Shown here one piece after another: positions 39,910 through 50,893 of a stretch of DNA of 64,000 bases. Below the pieces are notes generated by a model. It was not told the DNA's origin. It saw only the letters and a list, made by a program, of their open reading frames with translations, and did not search any database. Position numbers and translations under genes: made by a program. This DNA is from Octopus vulgaris (Eukaryota), in assembly GCA_951406725.2 (NCBI GenBank), contig OX597834.1, forward strand, positions 4,278,001 to 4,342,000, given 5' to 3'. The stretch's first letter is position 1; each line of letters starts with the position of its first letter.

Positions 39910-40720
39910 ATTCACAATGGAAAAGACAATCAACTAGCATTCCTGGACGTATTAATAGCATGCACCAAGTATGGATTCAGGACATCCGTATATCGCAAGC
40001 CAACCTTCACTGGACGATAGCTCAACTTCAATTCCCACCATCCATACAGTGTAAAGAGAGGGAAAACTCAGTGCCTAAAATATCGTACAAAGAATATAAG
40101 CAGCGATCGTGATACACACCATGAAGAAATGATCAAGCTCAATAACGATCTATTAAGCAACAACAATCCCCGAAAACATACTCTCCACTCCAATTATGAA
40201 GAAAAGAGAGGATGAAACTGATAAACTGTCCACAGTCTGTCTACCCTATGTGAAAGGACTCTCTGAAAAGATACAAAAGATATGTGGCCCATATGACATC
40301 AGGACAGTATTCAAGAGTAATACAACACTTCGCAAATATCTCCTTCGAATAAAATCATCAATAGAAGAGAATATGACCAAAGACTGCGTGTACTCCATCC
40401 CATGCAGCTGTGGTAGGTTATACAAAGGTGAAACATGCCACCCACCCTCAAAATAAGGGTAGAGGAACATTGCAAAGCTGTGACATGAGGAGATATTGAT
40501 AAACCAGGTATAGCTGATCATGTATGGGAAAATGGAGACCACTTTCCCCTGTGGGATGAAGTTAAAATAATAGACAGAAAACACCACTGGAAAATACGGA
40601 AACTAAAAGAAGCAGCACATATGCTAGGACACAACAACCTCCTAAGCAGACCGAGAGCAGATATGAACAGCATTTGGGAACTGGTATCAAGGAAGGATAG
40701 GAGAATATTAGATTTATAAG
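39910..40720 (+). mobile_element. Penelope-like element, RT C-terminus plus GIY-YIG endonuclease (disrupted)
   Basis: FTME..LAFLDV, VYRKPTFTG..LNFNSHHP, LPYVKGLSEKI, VYSIPCSCGRLYKGET, RVEEH, IADHVW, KIRKLKEA. Confidence 0.92.
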
Positions 40721-40748
40721 CCCTAAAATTCACTCCATAATTGCCCAC

Positions 40749-40821
40749 GGGCATATGGCGTAGTGGTTAAGAGTGCGGGCTTCTAACCCCAAGATCCTGA
40801 GTTTGATTCCAAGCAGTGACC
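40749..40821 (+). other. tRNA-like Pol III head (not a functional tRNA gene) just 3' of the Penelope ORF
   Basis: A box TGGCGTAGTGG, anticodon-like arm GGG-CTTCTAA-CCC, B box GAGTTTGATTCC (GAGTTCGATTCC in the 32039 copy); poor acceptor stem. Confidence 0.75.
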
Positions 40822-40892
40822 TGAATAATAATAATAACAACAACATCAAAAAATATCTTAGGAATGAGAACCCATGTTTGAAATTTCCCCAA

Positions 40893-40935
40893 GACACCTG
40901 ATGAAAGCTGGAGGGTACATCAGCAGAAACATGTT
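40893..40935 (+). ncRNA. Minimal hammerhead ribozyme motif, canonical CUGAUGA core (family H)
   Basis: GACAC CTGATGA A AGCTG-GAGGGTACAT-CAGCA GAAAC ATGTT; three-copy consensus GACAC CTGATGA A GGCTG..CAGCC GAAAC NTT GTGTT. Confidence 0.72.
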
Positions 40936-42048
40936 AACAACAAACAAGATGAGGACAAATATCCATCAATTGTAAACAATGTGCATAATTCCTCATCGCT
41001 GTAAAAAATGTAAATAACGTAAATAATTTCAATGTACATTATTCCAAACAGCCGTTCTCTCTCTTCCTTTCCTGTCAAATGCACCTGCTCTTTATATCAA
41101 GAGAAGTCACTCGAATCGTAGCACAACTTGCATAACAGTTACAAATTGCTATTATAAATTGAACAATGTCTAATTTGCATAATATTCACTCCCTCCTAGA
41201 AAGAGAAAGAAAGAAAAAATCATAGATCAAGGTTTTCTGAATCCTTTGAGATTGACGCAGCTGAGGGGATTCTTCATTTTGTTCTTGATGGTTATCTCTA
41301 GGAGGGAGTGAAGAAATTTCAGTTGGCTCCATCTGGCGCTTGGGGGACAGATGTTTGGGTTAAGTTATCAGTTGGGTTAATCTTCCCTGGTGGTGCCAGT
41401 TGTTTTGTGGATACTGTGGTTTCACGACTGGGTAACAGACGTGAGCATATTGGGGGTTGGCTTCGATTAAATCAACTTGGTCCACAGTAGGGTCATACTT
41501 GTTAGTGCGATTGTTCCTTTGAGCAAGCGCAGGTCCTGGGTTAAGAATCCATGTTGGCATAGATGTTCCCGTTGCTGAACATCTTTGATAGCTAAAAAGA
41601 CTCCGAAATGTTCCTATTGGAGCTTCCATCCTGAATGCCAACTTGTACAGCATGTTGTTTTTTAAATTTCTGGCAGAGTGAATTGCGTCATGGTGCTGTT
41701 TTCCTCACAGATGGTGCCCAACTGACCCTACTATACTGTGTAATCGACAAAATCATAAACAATGTGTATGTGTGAAATTAAAAATATAAAATGGCAGCAA
41801 TTTACCCATCGCACCCTGTATAATTGACAAAGTTTGTGTTGTTTAGCAAAAGTCTAACAAAGACAACACAAACACACAAACCCTTTCTTTGAAGAGCTGC
41901 ATGAGCATTAACCGAACAGATCACATGACATTGAGTTCGTTGGAGAACATTTACTTATTTAGGTTGATATCATCTATGTTTTTTTCCTTTGTGGTTTTTA
42001 TTTTTTTGAGAATTAACTCTTTTTCAGTTTTATTTGAAGTACATCATT

Positions 42049-42273
42049 TTAATCCTTTCGCATTTAAACCGGCCATATCCAGCCCCGACACTGTGTTTTA
42101 TATTCAAGCTGGCCAGATCTCACCCCTCACGTCAACACAATGATGTTATTCTAAAACTAAACAATCACATCATTGAAATAGGAAAGCTATGAGACAATGT
42201 ATGAGTCATTCAAAATAATGTGAATACATAAACATGACATTTGACAGAATATATCTGAGCGCTAAAGGGTTAA
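42049..42273 (-). mobile_element. piggyBac-type MITE (family E)
   Basis: Family match, TTAA ends. Confidence 0.8.
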
Positions 42274-42312
42274 AATATTTTCATACAACAATAAGTAACA
42301 AGCTAACAGAAC

Positions 42313-42640
42313 CTTCATTCATTCATTGTTCAACTGTGGTCGAGACAATGGAATTTACTATGTTATGCCAGACCTCACGGTCCATCATAGCATTACGGTG
42401 GTCCTGTTGCTGGATGCCTGTATCCCTGGAGATTACATCAGGGTAGGAGAGTGTGCGCCCTCTGGTATTGCGAGCAGATGGCTTCCAGAGGAGAAGAGTA
42501 GAGATTACCTCGTTTTCAGCTCTACTACAATGTCCAGCAAACTGGACTCTCCTACCTTTCACAAGAGATGATACAGGTGGTAACTTCCCATATATTTGTA
42601 CTTTGGTTGGATGATGCTTCCACGAGAGATTTTGATTAAT
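42313..42640 (-). mobile_element. LINE 3' end (RTE-group)
   Basis: RRVQFAGHCSR..LLWKP..RGR..MMDREVW; (ATGA)n tail. Confidence 0.8.
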
Positions 42641-43485
42641 GAACATAACCTTACAGCTTATTGATTTCTTTTGATTAGATTTAAAGAAAGTGGGAATTTA
42701 TCCCAAGGCATTTGGCAGTGTGAGAAAGTGCTGTGGACCTGATATTCAGAATTGTTACAATAAATCCTCAAGAAATTAAAAGTTTAATTTAGTGTTGCCG
42801 TTATTCCACAATTATTTTTATAAACACTTTATATGAAAAGTCATGCAAATAACTTCAAAATAACAGACATAAAAGTTCAATATAATGAGTAGTTATGTCA
42901 TGAAAAGTGACATTGTTTTCATGTTGGATACTGAAGTTAGGTTGATAGACTGCATCTCTCCAGGCTATTATCTCTGACCATAAATTGTAGATATAAAGAA
43001 TAATTGAAACAAAATAACTTGATGAAGGATGAAGCTGTGTCACAAATCTGTCCCTTGAAACCTTACATCATTTTTGTAAGGCCTGCATGCTGGATCTCCT
43101 ATAAGCTCTCGTATTTTCTTTATTATGTTTCTGAATGAAATGGGGGTAGCCAATGTATTAACTCCTTTTGAATGAGATATGTTTGGAGAAGCAGAAAAGT
43201 GGGGAGAGATAAAGTATCTGTTTAAGAACTGGGAAAGTACAGAGATTTTGCTGTTGAACAGCCACTGGTCAGCTCCGACCATAAAAATTTTGAAAGATAT
43301 TTGATGATGAAGCACCTAGTAAATATTTGGGTGCAGTATAGTATCCCATGAAATTAGAATTTATCCAGATACGTATTTTATTTGGGCTAAATTTCAAGGA
43401 TAAATCTATGGAACTTTGTGGTGATCCACAAATTTCTGGTTGAAAGAAAGAAAAGTAAGAAAAGCAATACAGTGACATTGTATCT

Positions 43486-44115
43486 CTGTGATTCTCAACC
43501 ATTTTTTGCCTATGAATCCCTTTGATTACTGTTTTATTCTGCTGCCCCCCCCTCCTCCCAGCCATTCAATGTTTAAAAACTAGTTTCATAGATACTTCTT
43601 TCAAAATTTCTATTTTGTCTATTCATACCTTCACTTGTGTAGTTTGAATTCTATATATAATGCTAGAGATCGTTGCCAGAGCAGCTAACTAGCATCCATG
43701 CCAGTGGCATGTAAAAGGGCACCATTCGAGCGTGATTGTTACCAACGTCACCTTACTGGCACCTGTGCAGGTGGTATGTGTAAAGAGATTCGAGTGAGGT
43801 CATTACCAGTACTGCCTGACTGGCACGTAAAAAGTATCCGCTACACTCTCGGAGTGGTTGGTGATAGGAAGGGCATCTAGCTGTAGAAACTCTGCCAGAT
43901 CAAGACTGGAGCCTGGTGCAGCCATTTGGTTGCCAGCCCTCAGTCAAAATCGTCCAACCCATGCTAGCATGGAGAACGGACGTTAAACGATGATGATGAT
44001 GATGAAAGCAAAATATTTTCATGGATCCTTAAAATACTATTGTGGATCACCAATTTACTATTTTGCTTGTGTGGACCCCTAAAAATATTATATGGACCCT
44101 GGTTCAGAATCACTG
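43486..44115. mobile_element. hAT-type MITE with family B inserted at 43668-44004 (+)
   Basis: TIR CTGTGATTCTCAACC / GGTTCAGAATCACTG; 8-bp TSD TTGTATCT/TTGCATCT. Confidence 0.8.
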
Positions 44116-44894
44116 TTGCATCTATAGATAGGTAGGTTGTATGTATTACTGATGATACTGATTTCCAACTAAATGTAGCACAAGTGTAATGGAATATGAA
44201 TGAACAATTCCTAATTTGGTTGTCTAGTACATTTTTGTTTTAGCTGCAACTCTTATCAATGGCAGTTATTTTCAGTTAGTTGCTAACATATATCTTAAAT
44301 AAATTTACAGATATTTAAGAACTGCATCAGCTACAAACTGCCTAGTTTTTCTATCACATTCCTTAAAAAATTTTCCCTGTAAGTTAGGAATTATATTCCT
44401 ATATTCTCAAATAATAATAATAATAATAATTATTATTATTATTATTATTATATCTTCTGTTCTTTGTAAGGACTTAGCTACCTAAAGCAAGGTAGTCAGT
44501 CCTTTACTTTTACTGTAGTCATGCTTGGGTTGTTCATTTCTAGTCCACAGTTAATATTAATCCCTTGTTTAATTTAACTCTTTTCTGTGGGTTTGCATTG
44601 ATTTCGTGCTCCTAAAATCTGACATTCCCTTTCAATTTTTAATCATTTTTAATCATTTTAATCAAGAAGTTCATTTTAATTTTAACCTTTCTTAGCATTC
44701 ATGCAACCATACTCTCTACCCATTTTTTAAAATTCTAACAACAGAGAAAATATTCCCTTCATTTTTTTTTCTCAATATTTTGTTAGGTTTACTTTGTATA
44801 TTTAATTATTATTATTATTACTTAGTGCTGCCACCTAGCTCCTCTGTCTCTTTAGCAGTGACTTTTCTGTTGCAAGCATTCTGAACATATTTCA

Positions 44895-45167
44895 GTTTTG
44901 GATTTGGTTTGCAAGATTCTTTATATGAGTTTGTGTATTGAAGCATATTCTGTTGTGTCTGGGGAGAGTCACATTCTTTTTGTGCCTTATAATGTAACAC
45001 ACTCACCGGTAAAATTTCCATGTTTTTCTTATTTTTATTTTCCTAAAATTTTCGTTGTGTCTTGCAACCTTTTCAATAGTCTTGACTCTCAAAATTAATT
45101 GAAATTTTACTGGTGAGTGTGTTACATAATAAGGCACAAAAAGAAAATGACTCTCCCCAGACACAAC
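44895..45167. mobile_element. Family F pseudo-LTR repeat with a U3-A8 hammerhead motif at 45042-45086 (minus)
   Basis: Minus strand CTA TTGAAAA G GTTG-caagaca-CAAC GAAA ATTT TAG; inverted arms. Confidence 0.68.
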
Positions 45168-45216
45168 ATTCTAAACATGTTTCTGGTATAGAGATAAAGA
45201 GAGAATCCCAAACGAG

Positions 45217-45334
45217 TTCCCTATGGATACCGTATTTATTACAACTCGTGGCTTGTAAACGTATCTAATTCGCTTTCGCTTGTTAGATACGTTTACAAGC
45301 CACGAGTTGTAATAAATACGGTATCCATAGGGAA
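45217..45334. repeat. Perfect 52-bp inverted repeat with a 14-nt loop
   Basis: 45217-45268 is the exact reverse complement of 45283-45334. Confidence 0.95.
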
Positions 45335-45351
45335 TGAGTTTGGTATTTCAT

Positions 45352-45667
45352 TTATTACACACGAATAAACGACCATATTTTATTTACCCAATAACTAAAT
45401 TCTTCACGTTTAGTTGTAACTTATGAATGACAAAAGTAGTGCCGTCACCGTGACCTCAGGTCATCACCATGAATTGACCAATCAGAAGCAGCACTGTCAC
45501 CGTGACCTCGGGTCATCACCATGAATTGACCAATCAGAAGCAGCGCTGTCACCGTGACCTCGGGTCATCACCATGGATTGACCAATCAGAAGCAGCGCTC
45601 GCAGTATATGACATATGTTAGATACCAAAAATATCTCAAAGTGTTCTCACTCACATGTGTGTAATAA
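45352..45667. mobile_element. MITE-like element carrying three 52-bp tandem units (45444-45599)
   Basis: TIR TTATTACACAC / GTGTGTAATAA; unit GTCACCGTGACCTCGGGTCATCACCATGAATTGACCAATCAGAAGCAGCGCT. Confidence 0.75.
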
Positions 45668-46257
45668 TCCAATATCTTCATGTGTTGCTCCCTACTGCAC
45701 CTTCACTGTGTAATATTAGTGTTTATTTGAAAGGGCAAATAAAAACCCACCACCAGATACAATTTGCCCCTAACCCTTTGAATAATAAAAAGTAAGCCTT
45801 GTTTACTTGTTGACCCACTCATGACCTGTGACATTCAAATGGCAGCTTCCAGAGATGGAAATAGTAGTTTTCAGCAACCCATCACTCATATTTTTCCCCC
45901 CCTTTTCCCCAGTTGTTATGGAGGTTCTACAAAAGTCATGGATACTGCTTTTCCTTCTTGGACTAGGTCATATCTGAATTGAGATTGTTCCATGGGGACA
46001 AAATACCAGACAAGTACTGAAATGAATTTTATTGACTGTTAACTGAACACATGATACAAATGCCTAATCAGTTACTGATTAACCTCATTATGTGTGAACA
46101 AAATTTCTGATAAAATTGCAAAGTTGTCACTGTATGATCTTTACATGTAAATATGAAATATTTCATGTTATTAACTTATCTATTGACAGCATTATTAGCC
46201 AAATAGCTGTGTACATACGTAACTCTCAGCTTTCAAACTAATTACATAATAGCTGTG

Positions 46258-46620
46258 ACTATTTTAGAAAAGGTCAAACTTTACAATTTAACATTAAGTA
46301 ACACTGACTACAGAGTTACTGCCTCACCCTATACTTTCTGGACAAGGTACATTTACTACATTACAACAAGGTACATTTACTACATTACAACAAGGTACAT
46401 TTACTTCATTACGACAAGGTACATTTACTACATTACAACAAGGTACATTTACTTCATTACGAGATGCTATTTTAGAAAGGTCAAACTTTACAATTTAACA
46501 TTAAGTAACACTGACTACAGAGTTACTACCTCACCCTATACTTTCTGGACAAGGTACATTTACTACATTACAACAAGGTACATTTACTTCATTACAACAA
46601 GGTACATTTACTACATTACT
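46258..46620. repeat. Higher-order tandem repeat: 24-bp minisatellite inside a ~208-bp duplication
   Basis: ACAAGGTACATTTACTACATTACA x5 then x3, each run preceded by the same ~80-bp block. Confidence 0.9.
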
Positions 46621-46929
46621 CATTGCTATCTTGTACTAAACCTTAATGTTTTCTTGTGAATATTTTTTGTTGTTGTTCTTTCTTTTGTATATAAACAAGT
46701 ACCACTGGTACTTACACACATAGCTTGCTGCTATATGTTGTCTAATAATTATAAATAGTACCAAAGAAAAATAGAGTCACTGTGGTTAAAAATGGGGAAG
46801 TACTGAATATATTTAACGAGTACATTGTTTAGTTGCAGTGTAAAACCAAGACTTTCCTTAGATTCTGCATACACATTGTAATTTATAATTAACTTGTGTC
46901 CTCGTCAAACTCTGATTTTTTTTCTACAG

Positions 46930-47042
46930 GAATCTAACCCACTTTAAGGAAGCATGCTACAGTGTTTCCCAATCCAAAGAAGAGTAACCTCTCTGGCTCT
47001 GTCAACTCCTGACTTCTCACTGTCATTTACAACATCTCCAAG
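46930..47042 (+). other. Candidate 113-nt exon (possible ATG-containing or poison exon)
   Basis: TTTTTTTTCTACAG acceptor, CAAG|GTAACG donor; ATG at 46954 open to a phase-2 donor; stops in all three incoming phases. Confidence 0.3.
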
Positions 47043-47399
47043 GTAACGCAAACCAATGAACAACCACCTTCAATGTTTCCTGCCTTAGTGGCCACCACAT
47101 TGATTTCTGTAGAGCCAGATCTACACAAAAACTTGCTCTCCCGAGTCATGCACTAGTGATATCTTATCCTTGAGACATTTAGCAGAAAATTTCAATATGT
47201 TTTGCATGAGAACCTCTTAGCTAAGTTACCTGCGTATAGACTTTATTCCTCTTCCTGTCAGTCTGCTTTATTGCAAAGTCTGCTTACACGCTCTCCCGTT
47301 TTTTTTATATGCCAAGTTTTGTTTAAGACATCTTGCACTATTCCTTTTGTACATAACATCATTGCTGTTTATTTAATTTAATAATATACTCATTTATCA

Positions 47400-47627
47400 G
47401 GCGAGCTGGCAGAAGCGTTAGCAAACCGAGCGAAATGCTCAGCGGTATTTCGTCTGCCGCTACATTCTGAGTTCAAATTCCGCTGAGGTTGACTTTGCCT
47501 TTCATCCTTTCGGGGTCTATTAAATAAGTACCAGTTAAGCACTGGGGTCAATGTAATCGACTAAATCCCTCTGTCTGTCCTTGTTTGTCCCCTCTATGTT
47601 TAGCCCCTTGTGGGTAATAAAGAAATA
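47400..47627 (+). mobile_element. SINE family C, full length
   Basis: Family match. Confidence 0.88.
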
Positions 47628-48088
47628 AATATATTCATTTATCAAATTTTGTCACTTGTACTGATCCTTGACTATTGATGTAGGGAACATCATGGGAACC
47701 TGACAACCTAGTCTCCCCTTCAAAAAAAAAAACAGCTTTGCCATCTCTATGTATATCAAAATCATCCACCTCACCATTTCTTACATACAGCATACAACTA
47801 AAGTGCACAAGTTTGCAGTCTGTTAACCTGGTCATGATTCCACTGCACCATATGTGCATCCATAGTTTTGCGCTAGACATACCTTATGGAATTCATATCT
47901 TCTTTCCTACATATTGCACAGAGCAGGGTTTTGTCTGTTTTCTTGTAAAATATTTTAGTTACAGGTAAGATAAATTTTACCTCATATGATTCTAGGCTTT
48001 GTTTTCATGCCTGGAATTTCTTCTCTAAGCTAGCAACAGATTCAAGTGATTCATCAATATGAGTGAGTTCTAGAGTGTGCAGAAGTTC

Positions 48089-48557
48089 ACATCATCATCA
48101 TCTCCATCATCATCATTGTTTAATGTCCATTTTCCATGCTAGCGTGGGTTGGACGGTTCAATCGGGGTCTGGTAAGCCATGGAGGCTGCACCAGGCTCCA
48201 GTCTGATTTGGCAGGGTTTCTACAGCTGGATGTCCTTCCTAACACCAACTACTCCGTGAGTGTACTGGGTGTTTTTTACGTGCCACTGGTACAGGGGCCA
48301 GAGGAGGCTGGCAAACAGCCACGATCGGTTGGTGCTTGTATATGTCACGGACACGGACGCCAGTCAGGTGGCGCTGGCATCGGCCACGTTTGGACGGTGC
48401 TTTTTACGTGTCACCGGCACAGGTGTCTTAACTACAATTTCCATTTGATTTTTATTTTGATGTTGGTGTTAACATATAGGTCTCCTCGAGAAAAGTGGGT
48501 CACTCTACAATCCAAGTTTAGCACAGCAGGCCGTCCTGTGAGCCATGAACTCACTTC
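48089..48557 (-). mobile_element. Long RTE 3'-UTR copy (family B) reaching the ORF stop region
   Basis: Minus strand begins AAGTGAGTTCA and contains ATCAAATGGAAATTGTAGTT, as at 55698-55840. Confidence 0.82.
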
Positions 48558-48589
48558 ATATAAATATATGTATATATATACTCACATAA

Positions 48590-50662
48590 ACAGAGTCCCT
48601 AGAGAAAGGAAGATTCTTATGAGATGAGGGACAAAGATTGCAAACCGCCTGAAGCAAGCATCCCAAAAGTGACAAGAAGTCCCACCTGGAGAGAGCTACT
48701 GGAGATTGAGAAATGTCTGCATCAGTCTCATGAAAAGAAGCTTGGGTTACAGAAAATTTCAAGTCAAACCTTAAAGCTTTTTTTAAGTTTGCCAAAGAAA
48801 CAGCTTCAATATGTCACAAGATAGGACCCCTCTCCCCAAAAGATGGCTTCCTCACAGGAAACCCCATGAGACTAAGTGAAATACTGAACGAACAGTTCCA
48901 AAGTGTGTTCACTACACCACTGGGACACAGGCGAGTGAACTAACCAGCAGAATTCTTTGCCACATTAGCTAAAACCAAAGAAGTTACAAAAATTGAGTAC
49001 ATAAACATTGAAGAAGAAGATGTAATACTGGCCATAGATGAGGTCGACACAAACTCAGCAGCTGGCCTGGATGGGTTTCCAGTGGTCCTACTCAAATCAT
49101 GCAAGCGAGTCCTTACAAAACCACTGCAGCTTCTCTTTTAGAGCTTCCTTACAAGTGGTAAGCTCTCAAACAAACTGAAGGGAGGGATAATATGCCCTAT
49201 CCATAAGGGAGGAAGCAGAGCAGATGCTAAAAAATATAAGCCTATTCTCTCTGACCTCACACATCAGCAAAGTCATGGAACGAATAATCCACAAGAAACT
49301 ACTTATGTTCCTAGAAGAAAATGACTTGCTGACTGACACCCAGCATCGATTTTGACCAGGTAGAAGCTGTCTCACACAGATCCTGCAACACTATGACTGG
49401 GTGTTAAAACAGCTGCTGAATGACTCAAGCGTGGGTGTGATATATTTCGATTTTGCAAATGCTTTTGATAAAGTTGACCATAGTATGATATATCACAAAC
49501 TGCATGATCTTGGCATAAGTGGAAAACTTGGAGAGTGGCTGCACAACTTTCTAAAAGATAGACATCAGGCAGTAGTAGCCAACGGAGCCACCTCCAAGGA
49601 AACACAAATAGCAAGTGGTGTTCCACAGGGCACTGTCTTGGGGCCACTGCTATTCATTGTGGACCTCTTAGACAAACCCTCAGCTGCTCAGATAGCCACC
49701 CTTGCTAGCTATGCAGATAATACAAAAGTCTCTCAGACGATCCAAAACCCTGGAAATATTGCACATCTGCAATGGGAGTTGGATGCAATATGCAGGTGGG
49801 CTGAGGACAACAACATGCAGTTTAATGCAGGAAAATTTCAGGCCCTAGACTACTAGAACACAAAACTAAACGATATACAAATAGGATATACTGAAATTGA
49901 ATTGAAATCCCCGAGTCAAAATCAGTGTGTGACCTGGGCATTGGCATGAGCAATGATGCATATTTCCAAGTGCATATCACCAATACGGTAATAAAATGCA
50001 GACAGCTAGCAGGATGGATCCTCTGAAGTTTCAAAACAAGAGGAAAGGGGACACTGATGGTCCTTTGGAGGACATACGTTCTTAGCCAATTGGACTACTA
50101 CTCCCAACTGTGGTCACCACACTATATAAAATCCATGGCGGATCCCGAAGCAATCCGACGAAGCTACACAAAGAAAATTGTCTCAATGCACCGTATCAGC
50201 TACTGGGAAAGACCGAAAGTGTTAAAACTCTTCTCCTTGGAACGAAGGTGGGAGAGATCTGCAGTGATATGTACCTGGAAACTCCTAGAAGACCTTGTTC
50301 CAAACTTTGGCATTGAAAGTTACTCAAACTGCAGAACGGGGCACCACTGCATAGTGCCAAAGATCCTAGCATTGCCATCAAAATACAGGACCAGATACTG
50401 CAACAACTTGGACTTCGAGGGCCCACAGCTCTTTGATATTCTTCCAAAATGCCTGATAGACCTGCATGGTATGGATGTAAGTATCTTTAAAACAAAACTG
50501 GATCTCTTCTTATTAAGGGTTCCAGATGAGCTGACCTCACAGCAGGAGACACAGAAGAGGGCTGCAGCATCAAACTCCCTCATTGACCAAATGCCATGTA
50601 TCAGAGGAAGTTTCAAATAATGGTGTAGCTCAGTCATCAGTGGTTTCAAGCTGAAACATTTA
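48590..50662 (+). mobile_element. CR1/L2-group LINE, 5'-truncated, RT disrupted
   Basis: YFDFANAFDKVDH, GVPQGTVLGPLLF, YADNTK, LFSLERRWER. Confidence 0.92.
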
Positions 50663-50691
50663 AAAATAGTTTATGTATATATATATATATA

Positions 50692-50866
50692 TCACCTTGA
50701 CCGACCAGTCCGTCAGGCATCCATTTGACACCGCTGGTCACAGCACTCTGTCCACTCCTCTCTGGATCATGCCTTTCTCATCCACGTGATCCCAATCGTC
50801 CTCCTGAAATCGTAACTCCACCGTTGTGGTGGTCTTTTCCGCTCGCGCGGGTACCACTCGACAACT
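50692..50866 (-). mobile_element. Short RTE LINE 3' fragment
   Basis: VVEWYPRERKRPPQRW..ITWMRKA*SREEW. Confidence 0.7.
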
Positions 50867-50893
50867 GTATATACATATACACACACACACACA

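Larger units (their letters stand above)
39791..41598 (-). mobile_element. Gypsy-type LTR retrotransposon 3' fragment (integrase tail, PPT, LTR), with the LTR split by Penelope
   Basis: PTWILNPGP..RTNKYDPTVDQVDLIEANPQYAHV..RETTVS; purine tract AGGAGGGAGTGAA at ~41186-41198; LTR ends ...ATTACA at 39791. Confidence 0.7.
38767..41818 (-). mobile_element. Tc1/mariner (maT-like) transposon split by nested Gypsy and Penelope insertions
   Basis: TA-flanked TIRs CAGGGTGCGGTGGATAAATTG / CAATTTACCCATCGCACCCTG; transposase remnants VNLRTMQRIQKELDES, FSDEKNF-like, WPPNSPDCN. Confidence 0.85.

Noticed and set aside
40749-40821. tRNA gene call (also SINE heads at 6899, 12662 and 47400)
   Set aside because: No proper acceptor stem, and each is fused to a repeat body; these are SINE-type heads.
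44826-44883. Possible exon starting TAG|TGCTGCCACCT
   Set aside because: No donor site before an in-frame stop and no GYP motif.
46341-46620. CRISPR-like array (also 45444-45599 and 6621-6720)
   Set aside because: Tandem units with no unique spacers, no cas genes, and a eukaryotic context.
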